DNA of 60,998 bases, the filler included. It is 8 parts of 8 records of this genome, joined end to end, with 100 filler letters (N's around TTAATTAATTAA, not from the genome) between each part and the next. Parts side by side here need not be neighbours in the genome. Positions count along the whole stretch, not along the records: positions 1 to 11,945 come from SRR7504441_2785; 7 more parts are not named here. One strand, written 5' to 3'. Below are positions 1 to 12,045 of the stretch, in pieces. How positions within the stretch are numbered: the stretch's first letter is position 1; each line of letters begins with the position of its first letter. The notes under the pieces were generated by a model. It saw nothing but the letters and a program-made list of their open reading frames with translations. It had not been told where the DNA came from and searched no databases. The translations under genes were made by a program, and so were the position numbers.

Positions 1-3000
1 GTCGGACAAATGACTCAGGAACATGCAACTCTTGAGCAAACCACGCCTGAAGAAAGATGGAATGTAGGTTTCAACAGATGAGATGAGGTCCTCCAGCTGC
101 GCATCGAGTGCTGTGTAGAAGCCTTCGCTTTCAGCTTCGTTAGTTCCATCTCCAGTCCCAAGGTCAATTCCCGAGATCAATTCGAGCGCATCCTTTATCT
201 TCCTCAACTCATCAAGAGCGTCCTTGAGATTGACCGCCTCCTTCATGATGTAGCCTGATCGGAAAAAGTCGACCATCAGTAGATCGATGCCCGATAGCAT
301 ATCTAAAGCCAGCCCTATCTCTTCTAGCACCGCTTTGTCTTTGCTTTTGGTATCCTCACAGGCAGGCGCTGGTGCCGTCGCCCCGCTGATATTCTGTGAT
401 TCAGCTTGTTCTTTTAGCTGTTCTTCTCTGCGACTCTCCCTCTCTCCCCTGATCCTTTTCTCTTTCGCTCTCTTTGTTTGTGCATTTTCAAGGTCTATGT
501 GAGCAAGCGTGTACTTTGAGATTCGTTCCTTGATGTCCTCCTCGAATTCATCCATCGCCTCTTTTCTCCGTTGCTCTCGCGTGGTCAAATGCTCAGGATT
601 ATAAAGGCCCGCTGTCACATTCTCGAGCAGCTCTAACGATGCGTTGAAACGCTTCTGCTTTTCTGCATCAAAGCTCAGGTTGCTTTGAATTCGGTCTTCC
701 GCTGATTCTGTTCCGAGGAGATTGAAGAACTCTGCATTGTTTTCACCTTGATAGCCCTTGAGTAGGTGTTTCAACCGCAACTTGAGCAATTTCGAAGTTC
801 TAATGAATTTCGAAATAACGTTGTACGTGAGCTTGCCGGTAACCCTCCTGTCGATCGTTATTTTATACCTCACCAGAAGGCGCAGAGTGTCCCATTGCAT
901 GAAGCATCTTTCGTCATCCTCGAAGTCCGTACATGATTGGCAACCTCCTTCACTACTGTTGAGCTGCACCTCGGTACTGCGATAAAACTGCGCCGCAATC
1001 AAATCCTGATAATCTTCTGGTATCAGTTGAAGGGGTGCGCCATTTTCTGATATTTCATACTCCAGCACTTCTTTGCCGGTTTGCAAGCGTCTCGTAGCAG
1101 CCTGCAAAATCTTTCTCACAGGAACTTGATTGCAATGCCAATGATCCATTAGCTTTTCAAACATCGGCTTTGAGATGGGATAGCCCCTGATAAAGGCGAA
1201 TGGCCGGCGGCAATCGGCCTCTTCTATGTGCATGAGACCATTCAGACAGGCGAGAATATCCGAATCTGATACATCAGCCAGCTCTGAAGTGATTCTAGCC
1301 CGTTGGCCTGTAAAGGTTGTAATACAGACGGCAACAGCGCCACAGCAAGCTGCCCAACACCTCACAAATGCTGACATGCATTTCCGGCAGCAACCATCTT
1401 TGGGCGCGTCCTCTTCTTCCTCCTTTGATCCAGGCGACATCTCAGGAGCGTTGCCTGGACTCTGCTCCGCGTTGGGTGCAGAAGACTGAGTAAGGAAACC
1501 TGAGCCTTCTATTGCTTTGGGGGAATTTGTCAATGCTGGACTTGGTGTGGTAGGACCACTTCCTGGCGAAGCTTGCGTTTCAGTTGCCTCAAATGGACAC
1601 CCTGCACTAGATTGCCTGCTTATCAACAGCTTCAAGCAACACTCTGGAGCTTCAAGCTTCCTCCTGGTTACCGACAAGAAGTCCAGGGCACTTTGTGCTT
1701 CCAGCTCTTTTCTCTTAGCTTCTAGTTCTCTCTCCCTGATAATCTTTTGGCTCGCTTGCTGCTGCACTGCAATCATTGTCAGCTTCACTGACTCTCTGAG
1801 TGACTCTTTCAACTGATCAGGCTCGTCTGCTCGTTCCGATGAGCATAATTCTTTGCGCTCTTCGTCTTCCACAACTGTCCGACTGAACATGATTTGTTCG
1901 CCCATGTTAGCCAAATCGTCGACCTTGTTTACGAAATCTTTCAGCGCCTTCTGTTCCTTTCTCCTCGATACTTCCTTTGTCCTCCACGCCTTCATCTGTA
2001 AACGCTCGTCATCATTCTCATCAAGCAGGTGTAAGGGTGACACAGACACATGCTATTACACACTGCCTACAAAGAGATACCTCGCGCAGCATCTGCCTTT
2101 TGAACACAATCTTATGCATTCTTGTCTCAATTTTAGAGTACATCAATGTTTCGAGATAATTTTCCATCTGGTATACTTCTGCGTGAATTGCCAATACACC
2201 AAATATCATCGGTTGAATCCACCAGCACCCGCTATCGTTGATCACAAAATTTCTAGATGCTGCAAGGTTTGAATTGCTGGTGTCCCAGAAGGGAGCTTCA
2301 GTCAAGAAGACCAGTATCATTCCCATCACGTTCCACAATCTCAAAAGGATAAACCTGAATCCCACACGACTGAACAGAGCTCAATGAGCGACTCACCAGA
2401 TTCCAGGAGTCCACGCCAGCTTGGAACATCGCCAAATGTACCAGCCTATAAAAAACAGGTAGCCCAGATTGAGCACAGTGATGTCAGCCGTTGATAGCAT
2501 GAACACAGCAAGCATACAGAATCCTGGTAGAACAATCGCAAATTTGTAGCGGGTTTCGTAGTTGGAGGGCTGAATCACAGCCATTTTCTGAGGAGAAATG
2601 TAATAATCCTGATAGAGCTGCCACATCAGCCTTCTGAATCCCTCGAGGTCAATCACCATGCCATCCAATGATCTCTTTGGTTTCTCTGCTGGTGCAGATG
2701 CGGAAATGCTCGGAGAAGCGCCGGCACTCTTGCTTGTTTCATTTGGTGAGCGCGTCATGCTTACTGCTGCTGAGGTTGAGGGTGAAATGCTTGGGTCGGG
2801 GTCGTTTGAACTTCGATTCAATCGACACTGCTGATAAATGAATTCTCTCGTATCGTCCTGCAGGGATAGAACAGCAGGGCGTCAAGGTAATACCGCGCTC
2901 AATGCTGGCACCTTGTCCAAGAAGAACTCCAATGTCTCTTGAAAACCCTTTTGCTCATGTTCGTCCAATTGCCAGCGCTCAAAGAGGTTCACTGTCGGCT

Positions 3001-6000
3001 TAGTTGCCACCTGACATCGTATGGTCAGCGTTACCCAAGGCAGCAGGCGCGTGACCTCCTTGAGATATGTAACCAAAACTTTGGGCGAGATGCCCGCACT
3101 GCTTAAATCGACTGGCTGGTTTCCTTCACTCTCTCGTAGTGCAAGTATCTGCTTGTCATGTTCCTCCGCCTCTTGGCTCATCTTGATGCTGTGCAGCCTG
3201 AACATTTCAGAGCGAACGATATGCATCAAGACTGTATTCTGCTGATGATGGGTTTTCTTTGTCTCGGTAGTATACTCTCCAGAGTGCCAGTGGCACTCAT
3301 GAACCCCGTGGTGCTCCCTGGTCACCGCTTTCAGCTTGGATGCCAAGTCCTCCCTATATGCCTCCCGATCAAAATCCCATACTTCCATCTTGGACAGATG
3401 TTTGAACATCCTCTCTATTGTCAAAGTAGCCATGAAATGATCATCCAAATCCCGGGCAACCTCAGCACCGATCTTGGCATTTTTGGCTTCTTCGTCTAAT
3501 CGCATATTTTCGCTTCTTTCCTCCAAAGTCTTCCTCCAAATCCTTTCTTCAGTGACTGAAACCGATGAAATAGTGCTATACCACTCTGACGCAATGTAGA
3601 GGGCCGCTACATCCAATATCATTTGTGTCGGGTCGTCTATATCGAGGCCATACCATTTCTGGTAGTCCTCAGAGAGTCCATCCCATGGTACACGACCAAG
3701 CTTAGGGTATCTCAACACAATGTACAGCCAAAACTGAAATAGGATATAGAACGCTAGGATCCATAACACACCGCAGAAATAGTCCTTGACAACTGTCAGA
3801 GGTCTCAGTGTGATCCAACCAGCCATCAAAACATACGGGACGCATGCAACTGTTTGCTTGGCCGTTGCAGCGAATATCAACATGAAGCATACGATTGCTC
3901 GTCCGTGATTTAAAAATGTATCCTCAAGCATGATCATCGTTGTTCGTTCTCTGTCCCGCTTGTCATAACGGGCAAACAAATAACATGGTCCGTTGTAGCC
4001 AGCACGTTCATACTGAGGGTGGAACTTGGCAACACTCAACCCCATGAATGGAGCAATTTCAGATGCCAATCCGAGGACGACAACAAATATCCAGGGAGTA
4101 AGCTCTGCAAAGATCGAACCGTAGTTCTTCCCTGGCTCCTGAAAGTTTTTGAAGCCAAACCAATTCAATCCTTTCTGCCTTTCTGCATCGGTATCTCCAT
4201 TGACAAGGTCATCACCAAGCGACCAAACCAAAGTGTAATCTCTTGTCCACTGATATTGGTAGAAGTAAAGCCAGAGTATGAAAACTTCTACAAACACCAA
4301 CAAGTACCACAATGGAAGAATGTGTCCTTGTCTACTAATATGCTTGTACAGTCTGCTCTTGCTCTTCCAGATTAAACAGTCTGCTAATTTTCCTACTTCT
4401 TCGTCACCTTCAAGCCTATCAAGCAGGTGACCGGCCCATGCCCCTGGCTTGCCTCCACAGTGTTTGCAACTCGCGGTCTCCTGCTTCCCAGGGTGACCCG
4501 GATCCCGACACACGTCACTATGAGGACCAACATCTTCAGGACGATCTTGATACCGTGAAATCAAAATCAAGTCTAATACCGCAAAAGTGCCGATAAAGTT
4601 GGTAACAACACTCGCATAATTGGCACATATGATGAAGGTGTAGAGTGACATCAAGGGCCGGCCATGAATCGCGACCAGGCGTATAAAGAACCTCACTAAT
4701 GACATTAGACTTACCGTGACTGTGTCCATTGCACTGTGCAGCTTCTCCTTTTGCCGCCTCTCCTGCTCTTCGATGACCTCGTTGAACAATCTTGTTGATT
4801 TGGTTTCAACTTCTTCTGTCTCTCCATCGACTCTGACAGCAATCATCTCATCATGGTCGAGTTCTAAGGAGGCTCGTTCCGTTTCTAAGACTTTTCGTGT
4901 GAGAGGATCTACGGAGTACAGTCCTCGGACTTTCCGACGAAACATGTATGCGATGAACAAGATTGTATGCGAAATTATTTGCCATAGCCATTGGCCAGAA
5001 CTGTGTTTAGGATTGCCCAACAACTCCATCAGCGCATCTGGGACACTCCACTGGAGAACCACCACGTAAAAAGCAATGATGACCAATCCAGTGTAGCATA
5101 GAGCGTAGTCGAGAATACTACCGAGCCATCGATAGAACAGGCGGGATCTTTTGAGCTTTTGACGGTGTGGAGCTGCACCCTCGATTGGAAGGGTCTGATC
5201 GACCCATAAGTCTGCATCTCTCGGGCTCTCTACTACTCGTTCCATTAGCTCGTCGTCTAATTTCTGCTCGCCTAAACCAACAGCACGATATCCTTTACTG
5301 TTGCCCAAATTGTTCAAGGCATGCATTGCAAGGAAAAAGATCAAGAGATCTCCAAGTGATGTATATGTCTCAGTCTCCGATAGCGAAGTAGCCGGCAACC
5401 AGGAAAGGATAAATATAAGCAGTGTGTACAGCAATATGTCAACACCATGCTGTATCCAGAAACCAATGAGATTTCCGAACCGCGATGATAGGAATTCTGT
5501 CGAATTGCGAATGTGCAGATCTCTTTGATAGAAATGCCTTTGAATAGCAGCAAGAGCGAGTGTGGCGATGTCAGGTAGGAGGATCCATCTGGAGGTGCTA
5601 CTACCTTGTCTCCACTGGACATCGTAGTGTTCAAACCCCATAAGCTTAGCCCAAGAGCTACCTTCGTCAAACTCGAAGAATTGGACCAGGTAGTTCAGGC
5701 CGATGACTACCTGAATATAGATGACAAGAACATTCCAGTTTGACCTCAGGTGATCTGGATTGGATCCGAAGTAAATTGTGATCATCACATAGCCAGCAGT
5801 CAAGATTGTTGGCTGCTGGAAGATGCCGATACAGTACACTGCAGTCAGACAAACGAGAAAGAAGGAGGACCCAATCATGATGTAAACCTTCACGTAATCA
5901 GGGTAAGCACTGTCCTTTTCCCACGCTTCCTTGTCCTTGTCCTCCTCGCTTCTGACCCACGTGGAATATTTGACAAATGGCAGGATGAGGCAGACCAAAA

Positions 6001-8187
6001 TCAGCATTTGAAGCAGTAAATCGAGCCATGGGATCTTGAGCCGCAGCATGCCGCACTCCATCATGGCATCCGAAGCAGACACAAAGCCTGACCAATACAG
6101 CATGGTAGTGATATACTGGAGAATGAGGTATAGAGCAGCAAACCAGCCAAGGTATTTTGAGAACTTTGCGGCATGTACAGCATTAATTGAAATGGTCACA
6201 TAGCCACAGACGAGTAGCAGCGCCCCATAAGCTGACATGTAAGCCAGAGACCAGAGCAAGAGCCCAGCACTGATAAGGATGCCAGAATTGAAGCGCCATA
6301 TGCGAAGAAACCATATACGGCCTTCTGAAATTTCCTCGTCCTCGCAGCTATCGCCATCCACCATATCTCTAGTTGTTGATGTAGCGTCTCTGCTGGAAAT
6401 TGCTTGCAGAGCAAACCCGTCCTCTCCGGTGGCTCCCTCTGCTTCTGCCTCCGTTGAGCTATATAGGTCCCTGGATTGGTGCTCGGCCCCGCGCTGTGCA
6501 AGGCGTTCTAAGCTTGACCTCATCTGCATTCTCTTGAGCATAGATTCCTTGCCGCACCATTCATCATCGAAATCATTATCACATTGACAAATCTGCTCTG
6601 CAACACAGACCACAGCAAATACCACCACTGTGAAGGAAATTTGCAGCACATTTGCAACAATGCCAACCCAGTCTGTGCCTAAATCATCAAAATTCATGAG
6701 ACCAATCAGCTGTGTGAGCTTTTGGGTCGTATCTCTATCTGATACGCTGCTCTCATTGCTAGGGTACTGATTAGGAGTCAAATAAGACTCAAAATATGAG
6801 GCTTGGATGACGAGCAGCACCACCATTTGCAGGAATGAATAATACTTGCAGCTGGTCCAGCACCAGATCGGCATCGCGATATCATCTGGCGTGTTGTCAG
6901 GCAAAATCCAGTACCAATTGAGAAAGACCACGACAAGCACTAGGTTGGGCAGTACAATCAAGGAGGGGTTGCTCGTGGCCAGGAGGAAGTTCGAGACCAA
7001 AGAAAGAAACAACGCCCGAAACCTCAGCTTGCTCAAGGTCTGAGCCCATCGCTCCCGCTTCCTTATGCGCTCTTCAGGGTCCATCGTACGTGCCTTTGCT
7101 GCTTCCATATCCTCGGCCAACCCATCGAGACTAGCAGGCAAACAAAAATACATACTCAGAGGCACTTCTTTCTTATGGTTATCCCTCTGCTTGCACCAGA
7201 CAATCATAAACAAAGCAAACGTCAGGCAGCTGGGCAGCAGAGTGAGAGTTGCGCCCGTGACGTTGATTGGTGAAGTCCAGATCTCGACTTGGAAGCCAAC
7301 GTATCGCAGAATAGAGTCGAGCCAGCTGTCCCGATTGATGACAATGGTCTCCCTGTTGACCAGAACTGCAAAGCTGATTTGGCTCACGAGCACAAAAAGT
7401 GCAAACAGCCAGCAGCTCAGCCAGAAGCCCTGACGAGGAATCAGAGCGGTGCCCCCGAGCCAGCGCTTAGCGCTGCTGTAGCAGAGCCTGGTGGCAGACA
7501 GGCAGCTCAGCCGGCCGATACACCCAGGCGGCTCACCCGAAGCCGGCCAGCAGGTAGACGGCCACAATGACTGAAGGCTCGATATCCGCCACAGGGACAA
7601 ACGGCCCGCAGAACCCCACGAGCAGCGAAAACTTGCAGCACGCCACCAGCAGGTCGCCTGCCACCCGGTCAGCCAGCGGCGAGGGCGGTCGGCCCACCGA
7701 GTTGGTCCGGATTTTGCTCGATCCTGTACTGCTCCTGCTGTATGGCCGGCTCATCGGGGTCCACGCTGACCAGGTCCACGCGTGACTCGATTCCTTTGAG
7801 CAGGTTCACGCTCGTGAAACGACTCGGGGGTGAGGCCGCCGCCCGAGAGGCGATCAGCTGGAACTGATCCACCGCCTCCTGGGCCAGCGGGGTGAGGTCA
7901 GCTGCCGGATCGCTGGGTTGGTCGCCGATCGGAGACTGCGGCTCGGCTGGCATCGGGCCCTCCCCGAGCGAGCCCTCAGCCGAGGGGGCGTCCCAGGCGT
8001 CCCGTCCCGAGGAGAACGACATGGCAGTGCGCCCGATCGACGAACTCGCGCCCGCCGCCCCGCTGTCCATCGGCGAGTGCCGACCGTCGCCGCCCATCGG
8101 CGAGTGACGACCGTCCTCGCACAAATAGCCTTCGGCCGGGGCCGGGTCTTCCACCGACCCGGACAGCTCGAGGTGGCTGCTCTCCAT
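1..8187 (-). CDS. PIEZO: Piezo-type mechanosensitive ion channel, very large; 3' end (pore module) lies beyond the window start
   Basis: Spliced from ATG 8187 through inferred GT-AG introns at 7658-7697, 7488-7536, 2858-2911, 2355-2396 and 2053-2080; the frame then stays open to base 1. Has repeated 4-TM units (e.g. QQPTILTAGYVMITIYF...WNVLVIYIQVVIGLNYLVQF) and the Piezo-like stretch ADITVLNLGYLFFIGWY...LLRLWNVMGMI...IFGVLAIHAEVYQMENY followed by a coiled-coil beam. Confidence 0.8.
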
Positions 8188-8432
8188 CGCCGCTGGACGG
8201 GACCACTCTCCGCTCTGCTATGTGGCCCCAGCTATGTGGCCCCCAACCGCTCTGCTATTGCCTTTGCAGTGCGACCGCGGGCATTTGATTGAGAGGCCTC
8301 TGCAGATCGCGCAGTGCGACCGCAGTTTTTGTTTGAGAGGCAGATTGAAGGAGCAAAGACCGTTGGCTTCCCGTCGTGGTTGACACCGAGGTGCTCGCTT
8401 GCGGGCTTGGTCGCTTCGGAAGCTCTTGGCGC

Positions 8433-9714
8433 GATGGAGTACCAAGCCCACCATGTCGAGCCCAACTCGTACTCGCTGGTCCGGGGTGTGCCCCGGAGCG
8501 CCGTCGCCGGAGGTGGCCGGCCGGCCGGGTCCGGGCTGAGCGGGTTTGCAGGCGGGGCCTCGTCCAAGTTCAAGCTGATGGTGATGGCCTTCTGTCAGAT
8601 GATGCTGGTGATGGCCACCTTCATGGCGCTGATGACCGGCCTCTTCCTGCTCGCCGAGAGCAACGAAGACCTCCGCGGGATCAAGACCGACCAGTACAAC
8701 CAGGCGGTCGACCGTTGGAACCGGCACGATCGGGCCGAGTTCGCCGCGGGCGGCCCGTTCATGCTCGGGCAGACCGCGCTCAAGCCGGACCAGACCGCCA
8801 CGGCCCGTCCGTTGCTCGACCAGTTTGACACCGACCCGTCCGAGCTCCAGACCGCCCGGCCGCTCCGATTCTCGGGCTCGGTCGGGTTCGGCGAGCCCCT
8901 CCCCGGGGCCGATTGGAGCCCGGTGGAGACCGAGCCGCCGCTGGTGGAGCTATCCATCGGCCAGTCCGGCCAACAAGCCCAGTCGGTGGTGCTGCCTCGC
9001 CGGTTCGCCGAGCAGCAGTGCCGGTGGGTCCAACGGGGCAAGTACAACCGGCAAGTGTGCGAGTGGCACTTCTACGTGCTGGCCGGGGTGTGCATCAAGA
9101 TGGGCCAAGACTCGGCCCGCCAGTGGTCGCCGTCGGGCGAGCTCCAGGGGCTCACGGGAGACACGGCGGGTGTCGGCTGCTTCATGTACGGCTCGCCGCA
9201 TGCGTACTCAGTCCGCACACAATACCTCTGGTCGGCCGGGCTGTACCAGGGCGCCGAGGAGCGGCACGATGCGCCGGACTCGATCCCGGTGCACATTCGG
9301 TCGAACGCGGACCCGGAGCTTTTAGTGGATGAGCTGACTTTCCAGACTTATGACTTTGGGCCAACTCAAGCGACCAAGTTCTGGTACGGACTGATGCTCA
9401 CGATCGTCTCGAGCCTGATCATCACCACCTTCTGCTTCTGCCTGTTCCTGCAGTACACCTGGCCACAGGCCGCAACCAACTCGGACAGGCTCACGTACTT
9501 TTACCGCCGGCACCTCCGGAGGCCGCACACGTGGATTAAGCGGAAGTGGACCAATATGCGGGGCGGGCAGGACCTGCAGGGGGATACGCACTGGGACGAA
9601 ATGGAGCAGGCCTCTGAGTCTAATTGGACCGGCCCGAGCTCAGGCGGCCGGACTCTGAGTGGGTCCGGCGAGCAAGCACCGCGGGTGTTTGAGCCGCCGA
9701 GAGGCGGGAGATGA
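8433..9714 (+). CDS. Two-TM membrane protein with a large Cys-containing luminal/extracellular loop, function unknown
   Basis: Long GC-rich ORF (first ATG at 8433). Hydrophobic segments FKLMVMAFCQMMLVMATFMALMTGLFLLA and FWYGLMLTIVSSLIITTFCFCLFLQY. Confidence 0.7.
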
Positions 9715-9934
9715 GGGCGCCGTCCGCACTCATGATAAAAGACGCCTTGATGACTAAGAAACTGATTAAAGATCTAGACAACTGTACTTACGAGTACTAT
9801 ACGAGTACGAGTATTCGTGACAAAGCAAGAATCTTGTGAGACCAATGATTGGTTATGCACACCGTACATTCTCGTAGAAATTGCAAAGCCAGCTCAGCTC
9901 GTTTAGAATGCCATAGTGTCCGTACATGTACGCA

Positions 9935-10480
9935 TTACCATTTCCCGATGGAGCAAATCGGATTAATCGCACAAGAGTAGCGCAGGAGTCCGTGCTGTCG
10001 CACACAACCAGCAGTCATCACCACTCGCACACTGGGGAAGAGCGCTTTGAGCGCCACGGGCTCGAGCACCTCCGGTTGCCTGCCCGCCGGATCAGCCCGC
10101 CCGACCCGCTGGACACACCGAATGGCACGCCGCCCCATCTCGCTGAGAGCGCCGGCTAGATCCCGCCTCGCGGGCTTGAACATACAAAGCCATGGGGTGC
10201 AGCTTTCCGCCCCGCGCGGACCACGTCAGGCATCATCCGGGAGCCCTCGACGGCGGGCCGAATCGGGCGGTGCTCTCTCGACGCGCGCGCCTGGGGGAGC
10301 AAAAGAGGTGAGAGCAGGGTCGGCAAGGCGAGGCAGGGGGGTGGCCAGCCGGCGGCCCTCAGTCGAAGGAGATCGTCATTACAGACTCCGAGTAATTGGA
10401 ATGAGTTTTGGGTTTACATCACCGGACCCCAACGCGCTGCTATGCCAGTTGGGCGGGCACCTTGGCATTTTCATCATTCC
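9935..10480 (-). ncRNA. Putative spliced non-coding snoRNA host transcript (boundaries approximate)
   Basis: One long intron with a polypyrimidine tract (10291-10460) plus two further 36-39 nt GT-AG intron-like segments. Splicing gives only a 24-codon ORF from the first ATG, and all three frames of exon 2 close early. Confidence 0.45.
10354..10428 (-). ncRNA. Box C/D snoRNA, intron-encoded, with an 18S rRNA guide
   Basis: Sense strand reads GGTCC-G-GTGATGT (C) ... ACTCATTCCAATTAC-T-CGGA (D') GTCT GTAATGA (C') ... CTGA (D)-GGGCC. Terminal stem GGTCC/GGGCC. The guide is the reverse complement of the conserved 18S sequence GTAATTGGAATGAGT. Lies inside a 170-nt GT-AG intron (10291-10460). Confidence 0.8.
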
Positions 10481-10612
10481 GTTGACGAAATACCGTTACG
10501 CGGTTGAAACCGTTTTGAGGGCAAACAGCAGCAGGGCTGTTCGCGTCTGCAAGCAGCGACAGCGTGGATGAGCCCGGCCCGACTGATCCAGTAGCCCGGG
10601 CCAGCAGCTCGA

Positions 10613-11945
10613 ATGTCGGCCCGCCGCCCGCCCGCCCTGGCAGCCGCCCAGCTGGGCAGCGTGGAGGACGAAGCCGAGGAGCTGCGGCGAGAGCTGGAGG
10701 CGGCAATGAGCGAATTCACCGGCGGCGGGAGCATCCCAAGGCCAGCGTACCCGCGAGTGCCGAGCCCGCGGGCCCGCTCGCCCTCGCCCACTGGGCATGA
10801 GCTGACCAACGTGATCGAGGCCGGCCAGTCGATTCGGGAGCATCTACACCAGGCGCTGGGCCAGTCGGCCGCCGAGCAGAACGTTCTCAAGAAGTTTCTG
10901 GGGGCCGAGCAGAGCGACGGGGATCTGGTCCAGTCGGCGGCCCAGCTCAACGGGCTGGTCCAGGAGTTGGAGGCCATGACCGAGCGGATGGAGCAACCGG
11001 TGGAGCCCGGCCGGCCGCGGGAGAGCACTCCGCCACGAGCCCGCTGGGTCGGGGCCGCACTGAACAGAGACGGCAGGATGACCAGTTCGGACGAGCAGCT
11101 GTTGGCATGGGCTGGTCACAGCTGGCTGATCCGGATCGGGTCTGTCCGGGTGTTCCGATATTGGAGGAACGTAGCGAGGATGCTGACGAGGGGAGACCGA
11201 GCCCGGCGGCGCTCCCGGAGGTGGCGGGAGACCCACTTGCAGCAGCTCGGCATGCGGGCTTGGAGGAAGCAGTATGTCGCCAAGCGGGCTGCGCTTGGAC
11301 TTGCGGGGCACAAAGATCACTATTGGGCCAAGCGGAAGGCACTCGGCTGCTGGAATCTGTGGCGTGACGGGGCGTCACAGAGCCTAAGGGCCGAGCAGCA
11401 GCTGCATTGGGCGGTGATCCATTGGTATGAAAGCAGTGTGGCCGCTGGGTTCGGCTGGTGGCGCCGGATGGAGTGGGCGCGGGCTCTGAGAGCGGCTCGG
11501 CGGGCAGTCGCTCGGTGGATGCATCTCAAATGTGCAGCAGCCTGGAGCCGATGGGTGGAGTACGCGCGGGAAGTGCTCGACGCCAAGCTCAGCGCACAGA
11601 GAGCCATCTATAGGTGGGTCTTGCGCGAGGTATCGTGTGCGTGGTGCTCTTGGCTTGCAATGGCTGCAGAGATGAGCGCACAGCAGAGGCTCTTGAAACG
11701 GGGAATAATTCACATGTTCCGCGCCAAGCTGGCTGCGGCAATGACGACCTGGAGGCTGGCTGCCAGTTTGCTCTCTCAGCATAGCAGTACACGAAGGGCG
11801 GTGATGCAGTGGATGAATATGAAGATGGCTGCGTACTTCAGATGGTGGTTGCTCCAAGCGCTAAACGCAAAGCGGAGGGCATTCATGGCAGTGGGAGCAC
11901 TTCGACGTATGCTAGATCGTCAGCTGTCGATGGCGTGGGAGCAGT
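10613..11945 (+). CDS. Sfi1-like (centrin-binding) Trp/Arg/Ala-rich repeat protein, 3' truncated at contig end
   Basis: Repeats of about 30-33 aa of the form A..W....AAAW..W (AVARWMHLKCAAAWSRW, AIYRWVLREVSCAWCSW, AVMQWMNMKMAAYFRWW). Confidence 0.6.
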
Positions 11946-12045
11946 NNNNNNNNNNNNNNNNNNNNNNNNNNNNNNNNNNNNNNNNNNNNTTAATTAATTA
12001 ANNNNNNNNNNNNNNNNNNNNNNNNNNNNNNNNNNNNNNNNNNNN
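11946..12045. other. Artificial contig spacer
   Basis: N44-TTAATTAATTAA-N44, with stops in all six frames. Confidence 0.99.

Noticed and set aside
9890-10023. Third C/D snoRNA or SECIS candidate (GTGATGA...CTGA)
   Set aside because: No terminal stem or recognisable guide; the GTGATGA lies in a 36-nt intron-like segment; no apical AA loop for a SECIS.
10086-10240. Second C/D snoRNA candidate (CCGGA-TGATG...CTGA-TCCGG)
   Set aside because: The CTGA sits at the usual branch-point position of a 39-nt micro-intron, the span is ~150 nt and GC-rich, and I found no rRNA-complementary guide.
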